Positions 9,227 through 18,086 of a stretch of DNA of 32,144 bases are shown one piece after another. The notes under the pieces were generated by a model. It did no database searches. It saw only the letters and a program-made list of their open reading frames with translations, and had not been told where the DNA came from. The stretch covers positions 1 through 32,144 of the forward strand of contig JBFEPA010000002.1 of assembly GCA_041550275.1 (NCBI GenBank), given 5' to 3'. Within the stretch, counting starts at the first letter, position 1. Each line of letters begins with the position of its first letter. Position numbers and translations under genes: made by a program. The stretch is from Thermoplasmata archaeon. Lineage in GTDB: Archaea; Thermoplasmatota; Thermoplasmata; UBA10834.

Positions 9227-10140
9227 CCCAATATACCTACTTCTTCGGCTGCATCATACCTAACAGATACCCGGGGATTGAGTACGCTGTGAGAAGCATC
9301 TGCGGCAAGGACGGGTTCGACATTGACGTAGAGGACACAAAGGAGTTCTCCTGTTGCCCGGTTCCTGGCATCTTCTACTCATCCGATAAGAACACCTGGT
9401 TGCTCCTGGCTGCTCGGAACCTTACTCTCGCCCAGAACGAAAGGAGGGAGATCCTCACCGTCTGCAACGGTTGTCTCACCTCCTTGCTGAAGGCGACGGA
9501 GTATCTCGCCGACCCGAAGAACCTCGGCAAGGTGAATCGTGTACTCTCCCAGATAGGCAGAAAGTATACGGGCATTCCGATGAAGACCGAGGGACGGCGA
9601 CGCATAATGGAGCCTGTAAAGGTGCGGCATTATGTCGACGTGATGGTCAACGATATCGGCCTCGAAAGCCTTGCGGAGAAGACGAAGAGACCGCTCAAGA
9701 ACATCAGAGCAGCCGTGCACTACGGCTGCCATTACCTGAGACCAACAGAGAACCAGACGATCGACGAGCCGAATGATCCAGTCAACATAGACAGGATTAT
9801 CGAGGCTTGCGGAGCCACGAGTGTTGAGTACGAGGACAAGCTGGACTGCTGCGGCGCCGGCGGCGGCGTGCGGTCTCATGTTGTGGAATTGGCCAACTCG
9901 CTCACAGAGGACAAGTGCAGGAACATTGCCGCGGCGGGCGCGGACTGCATAGTAACTGGGTGTCCGTTCTGCCTACTCCAGTTCGACAACGCGCAGAAGT
10001 CCTTCACAAAGGAGGGGATACCGGTCATGCACATATCACAGTTCCAGGCCTTGGCCATGGGGGTAGACCCGATCTCACTCGGTTTCGATACCCATCACGT
10101 CTCTGCGCACTCATTCCTCAGGAAGATCAGGGGGAGCTGA
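9223..10140 (+). CDS. hdrB: HdrB, catalytic subunit with two CCG domains
   Basis: N-terminus YTYFFGCIIPNRYPGIE. First CCG set (GC..., SCCPVPG, CNGC) and second set (GCHYLRP, DCCGAGGG, GCPFC). TTG start at 9223 overlaps the hdrC stop (TTGA), with a GAGGTGA SD upstream. Confidence 0.9.
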   Translation: MTQYTYFFGCIIPNRYPGIEYAVRSICGKDGFDIDVEDTKEFSCCPVPGIFYSSDKNTWLLLAARNLTLAQNERREILTVCNGCLTSLLKATEYLADPKNLGKVNRVLSQIGRKYTGIPMKTEGRRRIMEPVKVRHYVDVMVNDIGLESLAEKTKRPLKNIRAAVHYGCHYLRPTENQTIDEPNDPVNIDRIIEACGATSVEYEDKLDCCGAGGGVRSHVVELANSLTEDKCRNIAAAGADCIVTGCPFCLLQFDNAQKSFTKEGIPVMHISQFQALAMGVDPISLGFDTHHVSAHSFLRKIRGS

Positions 10141-10142
10141 CG

Positions 10143-10586
10143 ATGGAGATGGAGTCGGAATCCAAGGAGGAGCGCGCGAGATACAGCCCGAAGATAGTCG
10201 CCTTCTGCTGCAACTGGTGCTCCTATGCTGGTGCTGATCTTGCAGGTACCACGAGGCTGCAGTACCCCACGAACGTCAGAATCATCAGGGTGATGTGTTC
10301 TGGCAGGGTCGACCCGGCCTTTGTGCTGAAAGCATTCTCACTCGGAGCGGACGGCGTGATCATCGCGGGCTGCCATCCATCAGACTGCCATTACATCAAC
10401 GGGAACGAGAAGGCTGCGATGAGAGGCACGTTCCTCTCGGAGTTCCTCGAGGACGCTGGCCTTGAATCGCAACGTTTCAGAGTCGAATGGATTGCTGGCT
10501 CTGAAGGACAGAAGTTCGCGAACGTCGTCAAGCGAATGGTTTCGGAACTGGAGGCGCTCGGCCCAATTGCCGAGGAGAGTGCGTAG
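10143..10586 (+). CDS. mvhD: MvhD-type [2Fe-2S] electron-transfer subunit, copy 1
   Basis: [24 protein letters not shown] and AGCHPSDCHY motifs, ~147 aa. ATG lies 2 nt after the hdrB stop, with a GGGGGAG SD. Confidence 0.9.
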   Translation: MEMESESKEERARYSPKIVAFCCNWCSYAGADLAGTTRLQYPTNVRIIRVMCSGRVDPAFVLKAFSLGADGVIIAGCHPSDCHYINGNEKAAMRGTFLSEFLEDAGLESQRFRVEWIAGSEGQKFANVVKRMVSELEALGPIAEESA

Positions 10587-10588
10587 TG

Positions 10589-13500
10589 ATGGAAGAGATG
10601 AACGTCGTCGGCGCAGCCCTGGTTGTGGGCGGGGGCCCCGCGGGGATGCAGGCCGCATTGGACCTCGCAGAATCTGGATACAAGGTCTACCTTTTGGAGA
10701 CGACACCAAGCATCGGGGGAACAATGGCTCAATTGGACAAGACTTTCCCCACGAACGACTGCTCGATGTGCATACTGTCACCAAAGCTCGTCGCCACTGG
10801 AAGGCACGAAAACATCACCCTTCTCACGAACGCTGAGCTCAAGGAAGTGAAAGGAGAGGCAGGCAGGTTCCACGTGACTGTGACAAGACATCAACGTTTC
10901 ATAGTAGAGGAGAAGTGCACGGGCTGTGGTGTGTGCGCGGAGCATTGTCCCATCGAAGGCGCCAACTCATTCGACAGAGACCTAGCACCTGCCAAGGCGG
11001 TGTACGTCCCCTTCCCTCAGGCAGTGCCGTTGATATACACCATCGACAAGGGCCTCTGCATCGGCTGCGGCATATGCGAGAAGTTCTGCGAGGCGGGAGC
11101 GATTGAATACAGCATGGACTCGGAAGTCAACGAGACCATTGAGGTTGGGGCAATCATTCTCGCCCCTGGCTACGAGGTCTATGACGCATCAAGGAAGAGC
11201 GTGTATGGTCATGGCGCTTACCCTAATGTCGTCAGCAACATCGAGTTCGAGAGGATGCTCAGCGCTTCAGGCCCGACAGAGGGGCACGTGATCAGACCTT
11301 CGGACGGCGATATCCCGACGAAGATCGCGTTCATACAGTGTGTAGGGTCTCGGGATGCCCAGACCCTGACCACCTACTGCTCGTCGTATTGCTGCATGGC
11401 AGCCCTGAAACAGGCTGTAATCGCTCAGGAGCACGTGCCGGGACTCAAGACAACTATATTCTTCATGGATACACGCGCGTTCGGGAAGGAATTCGAAGAG
11501 TATCTCCACCGGGCGGAGAATGAGTATGGAGTCAGGGTACTCAGAAATAACCGGATATCGAAGGTGCAACAAAACCAGGAGACGGGCGATCTTGTGCTCA
11601 GCTTCATAGATGGCGCTGACATCAGCGAGGAACACTTCGACATGGTCGTCCTCTCGGCTGGCGCCAAACCGCCAGAAATGGCGCATCAGCTCGCCAAGAT
11701 GCTTGGCATCAAGACGAACAAGTTTGGCTTCTGTGAGACGGATGAACTCTCGCCGGTCGACAGCTCTTCGCCCGGCATCTACGTTTGCGGAGCGTTCTCC
11801 GGTCCTAAGGACATCCCCGATTCGGTGGCCCAGGCAAGCGGCGCAGCGGGCAAGGCCGCAGCGCTGCTCGCCAGTCAGAGGGGGAAGCTAGTCACCAAGA
11901 GAGAGTACCCCGAGGAGAAGAACCTGGAAGGCCAGGAGCCGCGCTTAGGCGTGTTCGTATGTCATTGCGGCATAAACATCGGAGCGGTCGTGAATGTTCC
12001 AGAAGTGATGGAGTACGCATCGAAACTGCCAGGTGTGGTCTACGCTGAGGCGAACCTGTATACTTGCTCCCAGGATACACAGAAGAAGATCAAAGAGATG
12101 ATCGAGAAGCACGGCCTCAATCGCGTGATCGTGGCGAGCTGCACACCACGCACACACGAACCGCTGTTCCAGAACACCGTGAGAGAGGCCGGACTCAACA
12201 AGTACCTGTTCGAGATGGCCAACATAAGGGACCAATGTTCGTGGGTCCATCGGTTGGAACCCGAGGCTGCGACGAAGAAGGCGAAGGACTTGGTGAGGAT
12301 GGCTGTGGCCAAAGCCAGCATACTGGAGCCACTCCCCCAGCCGAAGATACCAGTCACTCCAGTTGCGCTCGTCATAGGTGGGGGGCTAAGCGGAATGACT
12401 GCCGCTCTGGAGATTGCGAAGGCGGGATACGAAGTACACTTGGTCGAGAAGCAGAAGGACCTAGGTGGTCATCTGAGGACGCTCTACTCAACCCTAGCCG
12501 GTGTGGACCCGCAGGAAACTTTGGCAAACCTGGCGAAGGAAGTGCTCAATCACGACAAGATCAAGGTTCATCTAGAGGACACCGTCGATGAGATCAAGGG
12601 ATACATCGGCAACTTCGAGACCGCTCTGAAGAGCGGCGAGAAGATAGAGCACGGCGCAATCGTGGTCGCGACGGGAGCGATAGAGTACGAACCCAAGGAA
12701 TATCTGTACGGTAAGCATCCCAGGGTAATTAGACAGACTGCCCTCGGAGAGATGCTGGCCAGCGGCAAGTTCGATGCTGAATGCGTTGTGATTGTCCAGT
12801 GTGTCGGATCAAGGAACGACGAGCACCCAAACTGCTCGAGGATCTGCTGCTCGACTGCGATGGCCAACGCTCTGAAGATCAAGAGAGGGTACCCGGACAC
12901 AGACGTGTTCGTTCTGTTCAGGGACATCCGTACGTATGGCTTCGCCGAGGAGAACTACAACGAGGCTGCCCGTCTTGGCGTCAGGTTCCTGAGGTACGAT
13001 CCCGCGACGCCGCCGGAGATCAGTGTGGACGAGGGAAAATTGGAGGTTCACATTGACGAGCAGTTCATCGAAGAGAAGATTGTAATCAAGCCGGATTACC
13101 TAGTGCTCAATGCAGCGGTCCATCCCAATCCCGACAACAAGGGCCTCGCGCAGTTACTTAAGGTCCCCCAGAACAAAGAGGGTTTCTTCCTTGAGGCCCA
13201 CATGAAGCTGAGGCCGGTCGATTTCGCGACCGACGGCATCTTTGTTTGTGGTCTCGCACACTCGCCGAGACTCATTGATGAGAGCATCTCACAAGCCTTG
13301 GCAGCCGCTGCCAGGGTAAACACCGTGTTGTCCAAGCCATTCATAGAGGCTGAAGGCGTAGTTAGTGTCGTGGATGAGGACAAGTGCATCGGATGCGGAA
13401 GATGTGAGGATGTCTGCGAATACGGGGCTCCCGTCGTGGAGGAGATCTCACCTGGCATTTTCAAGTCACGTATTAAGGAAGCGCTCTGCAAGGGCTGTGG

Positions 13501-13624
13501 CTCATGCGCAGTAGAATGCTGTACGAGAGCCATACGACCTAAGCACTTCAGAAGCGACCAGATAATCACGATGATAGAGGCGGCACTCGCCGATGAAGAG
13601 CCGGCACAGGAGGCGAAGACATGA
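10589..13624 (+). CDS. Tandem (double-module) HdrA-like flavo-iron-sulfur protein, copy 1 (unit 2)
   Basis: The N-half has the [12 protein letters not shown] module plus the inserted ferredoxin. It lacks the CHCG N-domain and the C-terminal ferredoxin. The C-half (from ~11930) has the CHCG N-domain ([14 protein letters not shown]), a second Rossmann fold ([27 protein letters not shown]), QCVGSR...CSRICC and the C-terminal ferredoxin ([11 protein letters not shown] / [11 protein letters not shown]). Confidence 0.88.
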   Translation: MEEMNVVGAALVVGGGPAGMQAALDLAESGYKVYLLETTPSIGGTMAQLDKTFPTNDCSMCILSPKLVATGRHENITLLTNAELKEVKGEAGRFHVTVTRHQRFIVEEKCTGCGVCAEHCPIEGANSFDRDLAPAKAVYVPFPQAVPLIYTIDKGLCIGCGICEKFCEAGAIEYSMDSEVNETIEVGAIILAPGYEVYDASRKSVYGHGAYPNVVSNIEFERMLSASGPTEGHVIRPSDGDIPTKIAFIQCVGSRDAQTLTTYCSSYCCMAALKQAVIAQEHVPGLKTTIFFMDTRAFGKEFEEYLHRAENEYGVRVLRNNRISKVQQNQETGDLVLSFIDGADISEEHFDMVVLSAGAKPPEMAHQLAKMLGIKTNKFGFCETDELSPVDSSSPGIYVCGAFSGPKDIPDSVAQASGAAGKAAALLASQRGKLVTKREYPEEKNLEGQEPRLGVFVCHCGINIGAVVNVPEVMEYASKLPGVVYAEANLYTCSQDTQKKIKEMIEKHGLNRVIVASCTPRTHEPLFQNTVREAGLNKYLFEMANIRDQCSWVHRLEPEAATKKAKDLVRMAVAKASILEPLPQPKIPVTPVALVIGGGLSGMTAALEIAKAGYEVHLVEKQKDLGGHLRTLYSTLAGVDPQETLANLAKEVLNHDKIKVHLEDTVDEIKGYIGNFETALKSGEKIEHGAIVVATGAIEYEPKEYLYGKHPRVIRQTALGEMLASGKFDAECVVIVQCVGSRNDEHPNCSRICCSTAMANALKIKRGYPDTDVFVLFRDIRTYGFAEENYNEAARLGVRFLRYDPATPPEISVDEGKLEVHIDEQFIEEKIVIKPDYLVLNAAVHPNPDNKGLAQLLKVPQNKEGFFLEAHMKLRPVDFATDGIFVCGLAHSPRLIDESISQALAAAARVNTVLSKPFIEAEGVVSVVDEDKCIGCGRCEDVCEYGAPVVEEISPGIFKSRIKEALCKGCGSCAVECCTRAIRPKHFRSDQIITMIEAALADEEPAQEAKT

Positions 13625-15216
13625 CGGATGAAGGCTTCGAGCCAAACATAGTCGCCTTCTGCTGCAACTGGTGCTCCTACGCCGGCGCAGATCTGGCAGG
13701 TGTCAGCAGGATGCAGTACCCTCCGAACGCGCGAATAATACGCGTCATGTGCTCGGGCAGGATAGAACCATACTTCGTGCTCAGGGCGCTCGAGCTCGGC
13801 GCTGACGGTGTGCTCGTCGCGGGATGCCACATAGGTGACTGTCACTACATCTCCGGGAATGTCGAGGCGGAGAAGAGGATGAAAGCCACGCAGGAGATGC
13901 TGGACGTGGTAGGCATTGGGAGAGACCGCATGAGACTGGAATGGATTTCCGCCTCCGAGGGACAGAAATTCGCCTCGACGATGAAGGAGTTCACAGACAG
14001 TATCCGCGAGCTAGGCCCCAACCCGATGCCAAGGCTTGCGAAGAAAGTGTACGACCCCGCCAAGCTGAAGTCGAGAGTCGATCACCTGATCGAGGACACT
14101 GGTGCCTTTGACTGCGTCGAGTGCGGCAAGTGCACGACGGTATGCCCGGTAGCCAAGTACGATTCGGAGTTCGCGCCCAGGACCATCGTGCTGAAGGCGA
14201 CGGAGGGACAGGCAGATTCAATCGTCGCCAGCAAAGATATCTGGACCTGCATCACATGTGAACAGTGCAACTCGATGTGCCCGTACAAGGTAGACTACTC
14301 TGGATTCATAAGAGGACTGAGAACCGAAGCTGCGGCAAAGGATGCAACGCCCGCCTGCAGTCAGGGCGGCCTCATGCAGGGGATGATGCGCATACAGGCG
14401 CACGGCGACTTCAAGCAGAACAGGCTGGGATGGCTGACCCCGGAGTTGAAGATCGCGGACAAGGGCGACGTATTCTACTTCACTGGATGCGTAGCGTATT
14501 TCGATGCCGTCTTCAGCGACAGAGAGCTCAACCTCGCTGGCATACCACAGGCGGTAGTCAAGATAATGAACAGCGCTGGCATTACCCCAGTCGTGAGCAA
14601 CGACGAGGTGTGTTGCGGACACGATCTTAACTGGACTGGCGACGAGGAGGGGCTGCAGCGGCTCATGAAGAAGAATGTGGAGGTCATCAAAGCCTCCGGA
14701 GCGAAGACCGTCGTGTTCTCGTGCCCTGAGTGTATGAGGACCTTCGATATGGACTATCAGGACTTCTTGGGTGACTTCGACTTCGAGATGACCCACGTGT
14801 CCGAGTTCGTTGACAATCTAATCCAAGATGGGAAACTGAAGTTCAAGAAGGGCAGTGACAAGCTAACCTTCCAGGATTCGTGCAGACTCGGCAGGCACCT
14901 TGGTATCTACGACCCGCCGAGGAACGCCATGAAGGGCGTCGGAGCGAATGTCGTGGAGATGGAGAACACGAGAGACAAGGCGATATGCTGCGGTGTGAGT
15001 TCTTGGGCCACATGCGACGATATTGCGCGCAAGCTGCAGGTGGAGAGGTTGAAAGAGGCGAAGAAGACTGGAGCTGACTGCCTTGTCACGGGATGCTACA
15101 AGTGTCTGATCCATCTGGCTTGTGCCCGAGACAACAAGCTCGAAGGAGTGCCTAAGGATCAGGTAGACATCAAGATCAAGGACCTCAGTGTAGCGATAGC
15201 GGAGGCGTTGGAATGA
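13621..15216 (+). CDS. MvhD::HdrC-like::HdrB-like (HdrD-type, two CCG domains) triple fusion
   Basis: Residues 1-~135 are MvhD ([32 protein letters not shown]). They are followed by [12 protein letters not shown] / [12 protein letters not shown] (HdrC-like). Then come two CCG sets (FTGC, VCCGHD, SCPEC; DSCRLG, ICCGVSS, TGCYKC). ATGA overlap with the upstream gene. Confidence 0.85.
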   Translation: MTDEGFEPNIVAFCCNWCSYAGADLAGVSRMQYPPNARIIRVMCSGRIEPYFVLRALELGADGVLVAGCHIGDCHYISGNVEAEKRMKATQEMLDVVGIGRDRMRLEWISASEGQKFASTMKEFTDSIRELGPNPMPRLAKKVYDPAKLKSRVDHLIEDTGAFDCVECGKCTTVCPVAKYDSEFAPRTIVLKATEGQADSIVASKDIWTCITCEQCNSMCPYKVDYSGFIRGLRTEAAAKDATPACSQGGLMQGMMRIQAHGDFKQNRLGWLTPELKIADKGDVFYFTGCVAYFDAVFSDRELNLAGIPQAVVKIMNSAGITPVVSNDEVCCGHDLNWTGDEEGLQRLMKKNVEVIKASGAKTVVFSCPECMRTFDMDYQDFLGDFDFEMTHVSEFVDNLIQDGKLKFKKGSDKLTFQDSCRLGRHLGIYDPPRNAMKGVGANVVEMENTRDKAICCGVSSWATCDDIARKLQVERLKEAKKTGADCLVTGCYKCLIHLACARDNKLEGVPKDQVDIKIKDLSVAIAEALE

Positions 15217-15262
15217 CGGATTGGATGGGCGGTGCTCATCGCACAAGACTCGCCATCACCCA

Positions 15263-15278
15263 AACGAAACACATAAAA
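15263..15278 (+). promoter_or_regulatory. Candidate internal BRE/TATA-like box (AACGAAAC-AC-ATAAAA)
   Basis: Lies in the only sizeable gap (158 nt) inside the gene train. It shares the AACGAAAC 8-mer with the box at 6408-6415, followed by an A/T-rich hexamer. Confidence 0.25.
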
Positions 15279-15374
15279 GAAGAGACTCAATACCGCAAAG
15301 GCAAAAGGGGTTCGTTGATTGCAGTAGGCACAATGCAAATGCAACTGAATATGAGATTTGAAGGGGGCTTTTGA

Positions 15375-18080
15375 GTGAAGAAATCCGTAATGGTGATTGG
15401 AGGCGGAATTGCCGGAATACAGGCTGCTTTGGACCTAGCCGACAAGGGAATCACGGTCGACCTCGTCGAGAAGATGCCAAGCATTGGCGGAAGAATGGCA
15501 CAGTTGGACAAGACATTCCCTACGAACGACTGCTCGATATGCATACTGGCGCCGAAGATGGCGGACTGCTACGCGCACCCCAACATCAACGTGATGACCT
15601 ACTCGGAGGTAAAGGACATTTCTGGAAAGGCCGGGGATTTCAAGGTTGACGTGCTCAAGAAGGCCAGGTTCGTTGACGAGGAGAAGTGCACGGGTTGTGG
15701 CGACTGCTTCAAGGTGTGCCCTGTCAGCCTCCCGAACGAGTTCGACATGGACATGAGGGAGAGACCTGCCATATACATGCCGTTTCTCCAGTCAGTTCCG
15801 AGAACGGCTACCATAGACAGGGCGGGCGTCGCGCCGTGCTCCGACAAGTGCCCAGCGGGTTTGAGCGCTCAGGGATATGTGGCACTCATACGGGCCGAGA
15901 AGTTCAAGGAAGCGGTGGACCTCATACGAAGGACTATCCCCCTCCCCTCGGTGTGTGGACGCATATGCCATCACCCGTGCGAGGAAGGCTGCAACAGAAC
16001 GGAAGTCGACGATCCAGTGGCCATCGCAGGATTGAAGGCATTCGTGGGGGACTACGTTCGAGAGCAGGGTATGGACGCGCCAGTCCCGATCGAAGTGGAC
16101 CGGAAGGAGAAGGTCGCTGTTGTCGGAGCGGGCCCGGCTGGCCTGGCGGCAGCCTACCGCCTCGCCCTCAAAGGATTCAAAGTCAAGATTTTCGAGGCCA
16201 CGTCGAAGCCAGGTGGTATGCTCTGGTGGGGCATCCCCGATTACCGTCTTCCCAAGGACGTACTGTCAGCAGAGGTTGATCACCTGTTGGCCCATGGCAT
16301 AGAGATCGAGTACGGCAAGACCATCGGCAAGGACCTCACGATCGAGGACCTGAAGAGGGACTACGGCGCCGTCTTCCTGGCTATAGGTGCTCACAAGAGC
16401 CTCAAGCTGGACTTGCCTGGCGAGGACCTCGAAGGCGTCGTCCACGGCGTGGACTTCCTACACAAAGTCGCCGACAAGGAGAAGGTTAGAATCGGCAAGA
16501 AGGTGGCCGTTATAGGCGGAGGAAACGCCGCGATGGACGCTGCAAGAACAGCCCTGCGGATGGGCTCCGACGTGACGGTTATATACCGCCGGACGAAGGA
16601 CGAGATGCCCGCGATTGCGGCCGAGATCAAGGGGGCGGAAGACGAGGGCGTCAGATTCGAGTTCCTGGCATCGCCTGTGAAGATTGAGGGAAAGGGCGGC
16701 AAGATTACCGCCATCGAGTGCATCAGAATGAAGCTTGGAGAGCCGGACAAATCGGGCCGGCCCCGCCCAGTGCCGGTTGAAGGATCGGAATTCACGATCG
16801 AGGTCGACACGGTCATTCCGGCCGTTAGCCAGGCACCGAATCTGGACGCTCTCAGCTCGAAGGCCCTTGCTGTCACGAAGTGGAACACCCTCGAGGTCAA
16901 TCCTGGCAACCTGAGCACGAACATCGAAGGTGTCTTCGCGGGTGGAGATGCTGTGTCTGGACCTGCATCTGCCGTGGAGGCATTCGCAGCAGGCAACAAG
17001 GCCGCGCTGTACATCGAGAAGATGCTGAACGGAGAGAGCATCGAGCCGGAGCCCGAAGAGAAGGACGATCATGTCATCACGCTTGAAAACATCAAAGCAA
17101 GAATGAAGGGTGAGATCACGAAGAGCGAGCGCATCCTCAGGCAACACCTTTCGGACGACAAGCGCAGGACCTCCTTCGAGGAGGTCGAGAAGGTGTTCAC
17201 GAAGGAGGAGGCGATGAAGGAGGCGGCTCGATGTGTGAGCTGCGGACCATGCTCACAGTGTGAGGCGTGCGCCCCTGCCTGCGGTCCGAATGCAATTGAC
17301 TACAAGATGAAGGACAAGGTCGTCACAATGAACCCAGCGGCGATCATAGTCGCCACCGGCTTTGATGTATGGGACCCGACGCCCGCGTCAGAGTACGGCT
17401 ACAAGAAGTACCCCAACGTCTACACGGCGATGGAGTACGAGCGCATGATCAACGCTGCGGGGCCCACTGGCGGGCACATAGTCAGGCGATCCGACGGCGA
17501 ACACCCGAAGAAGCTGGCGTTCATACAGTGCGTAGGATCGAGAAATCCGCAGGTTGGGCATCCCTATTGTTGCGCGGTGTGCTGCATGCACGCCACAAAA
17601 GAGGCGATGCTCGCTCGGGAACACTACGAGGACATCAACTCAACGATATTCTACAAGGACATGAGAGCCTGTGCGAAGGGATTCAATGAATACGTCGAAA
17701 GGGCGAAAAGCGACTATGGAGTCAGCTACGTCAACTCCGACGCGACCGTGCAGGAGAACGCGCAGACGCACAACCCAGTCGTCGTATTCGACGTAGGAGG
17801 CAAGCAACAGTCGGAGGAGTTCGACGCGGTCGTGCTTGCGACCACACTCGTGCCCAGGAAAGATACCGTCGAATTGGCTGAGAAGCTCGGGCTGAAGCTG
17901 ACGGAATTCGGTTTCTTCGAGTCTCCAGACAGCATCCTGGACTTCGGCAGGAGCGAAGTGCCCGGGATATACCTTGCAGGATACTGCGCCGGACCGGCCG
18001 ACATACCGGAATCGGTTGCCCAGGGCTCAAGCGCCGCTGCCAAGGCAGCGGAGATACTCGCCAATTCAGGAGGGGGGTGA
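15375..18080 (+). CDS. HdrA-like FAD module with an inserted NfnB/GltD-like NAD(P)H:flavin module (HdrL-type; unit 3, first half)
   Basis: GTG start 7 nt after AAGGGGG. N-part [15 protein letters not shown]...[19 protein letters not shown] plus CTGCGDCFKVCP. Residues ~150-550 are GltD/NfnB-like (PLPSVCGRICHHPCEEGCNR, VVGAGPAGLAAAYRL, GGGNAAMDAART, FAGGDAV). The sequence then returns to HdrA (EYERMINAAGPTGGH, QCVGSRN...CCAVCC, GIYLAGYCAGPADIPESVAQ). No CHCG N-domain and no C-terminal ferredoxin. Confidence 0.85.
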   Translation: MKKSVMVIGGGIAGIQAALDLADKGITVDLVEKMPSIGGRMAQLDKTFPTNDCSICILAPKMADCYAHPNINVMTYSEVKDISGKAGDFKVDVLKKARFVDEEKCTGCGDCFKVCPVSLPNEFDMDMRERPAIYMPFLQSVPRTATIDRAGVAPCSDKCPAGLSAQGYVALIRAEKFKEAVDLIRRTIPLPSVCGRICHHPCEEGCNRTEVDDPVAIAGLKAFVGDYVREQGMDAPVPIEVDRKEKVAVVGAGPAGLAAAYRLALKGFKVKIFEATSKPGGMLWWGIPDYRLPKDVLSAEVDHLLAHGIEIEYGKTIGKDLTIEDLKRDYGAVFLAIGAHKSLKLDLPGEDLEGVVHGVDFLHKVADKEKVRIGKKVAVIGGGNAAMDAARTALRMGSDVTVIYRRTKDEMPAIAAEIKGAEDEGVRFEFLASPVKIEGKGGKITAIECIRMKLGEPDKSGRPRPVPVEGSEFTIEVDTVIPAVSQAPNLDALSSKALAVTKWNTLEVNPGNLSTNIEGVFAGGDAVSGPASAVEAFAAGNKAALYIEKMLNGESIEPEPEEKDDHVITLENIKARMKGEITKSERILRQHLSDDKRRTSFEEVEKVFTKEEAMKEAARCVSCGPCSQCEACAPACGPNAIDYKMKDKVVTMNPAAIIVATGFDVWDPTPASEYGYKKYPNVYTAMEYERMINAAGPTGGHIVRRSDGEHPKKLAFIQCVGSRNPQVGHPYCCAVCCMHATKEAMLAREHYEDINSTIFYKDMRACAKGFNEYVERAKSDYGVSYVNSDATVQENAQTHNPVVVFDVGGKQQSEEFDAVVLATTLVPRKDTVELAEKLGLKLTEFGFFESPDSILDFGRSEVPGIYLAGYCAGPADIPESVAQGSSAAAKAAEILANSGGG
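15822..17300 (+). other. Domain-level: NfnB/GltD-like insertion within the HdrA inserted-ferredoxin position
   Basis: Boundaries were estimated from where HdrA collinearity with the paralogues is lost (after TIDRAG) and regained (before MNPAAIIVATGFD). Confidence 0.6.
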
Positions 18081-18086
18081 ACGGAC

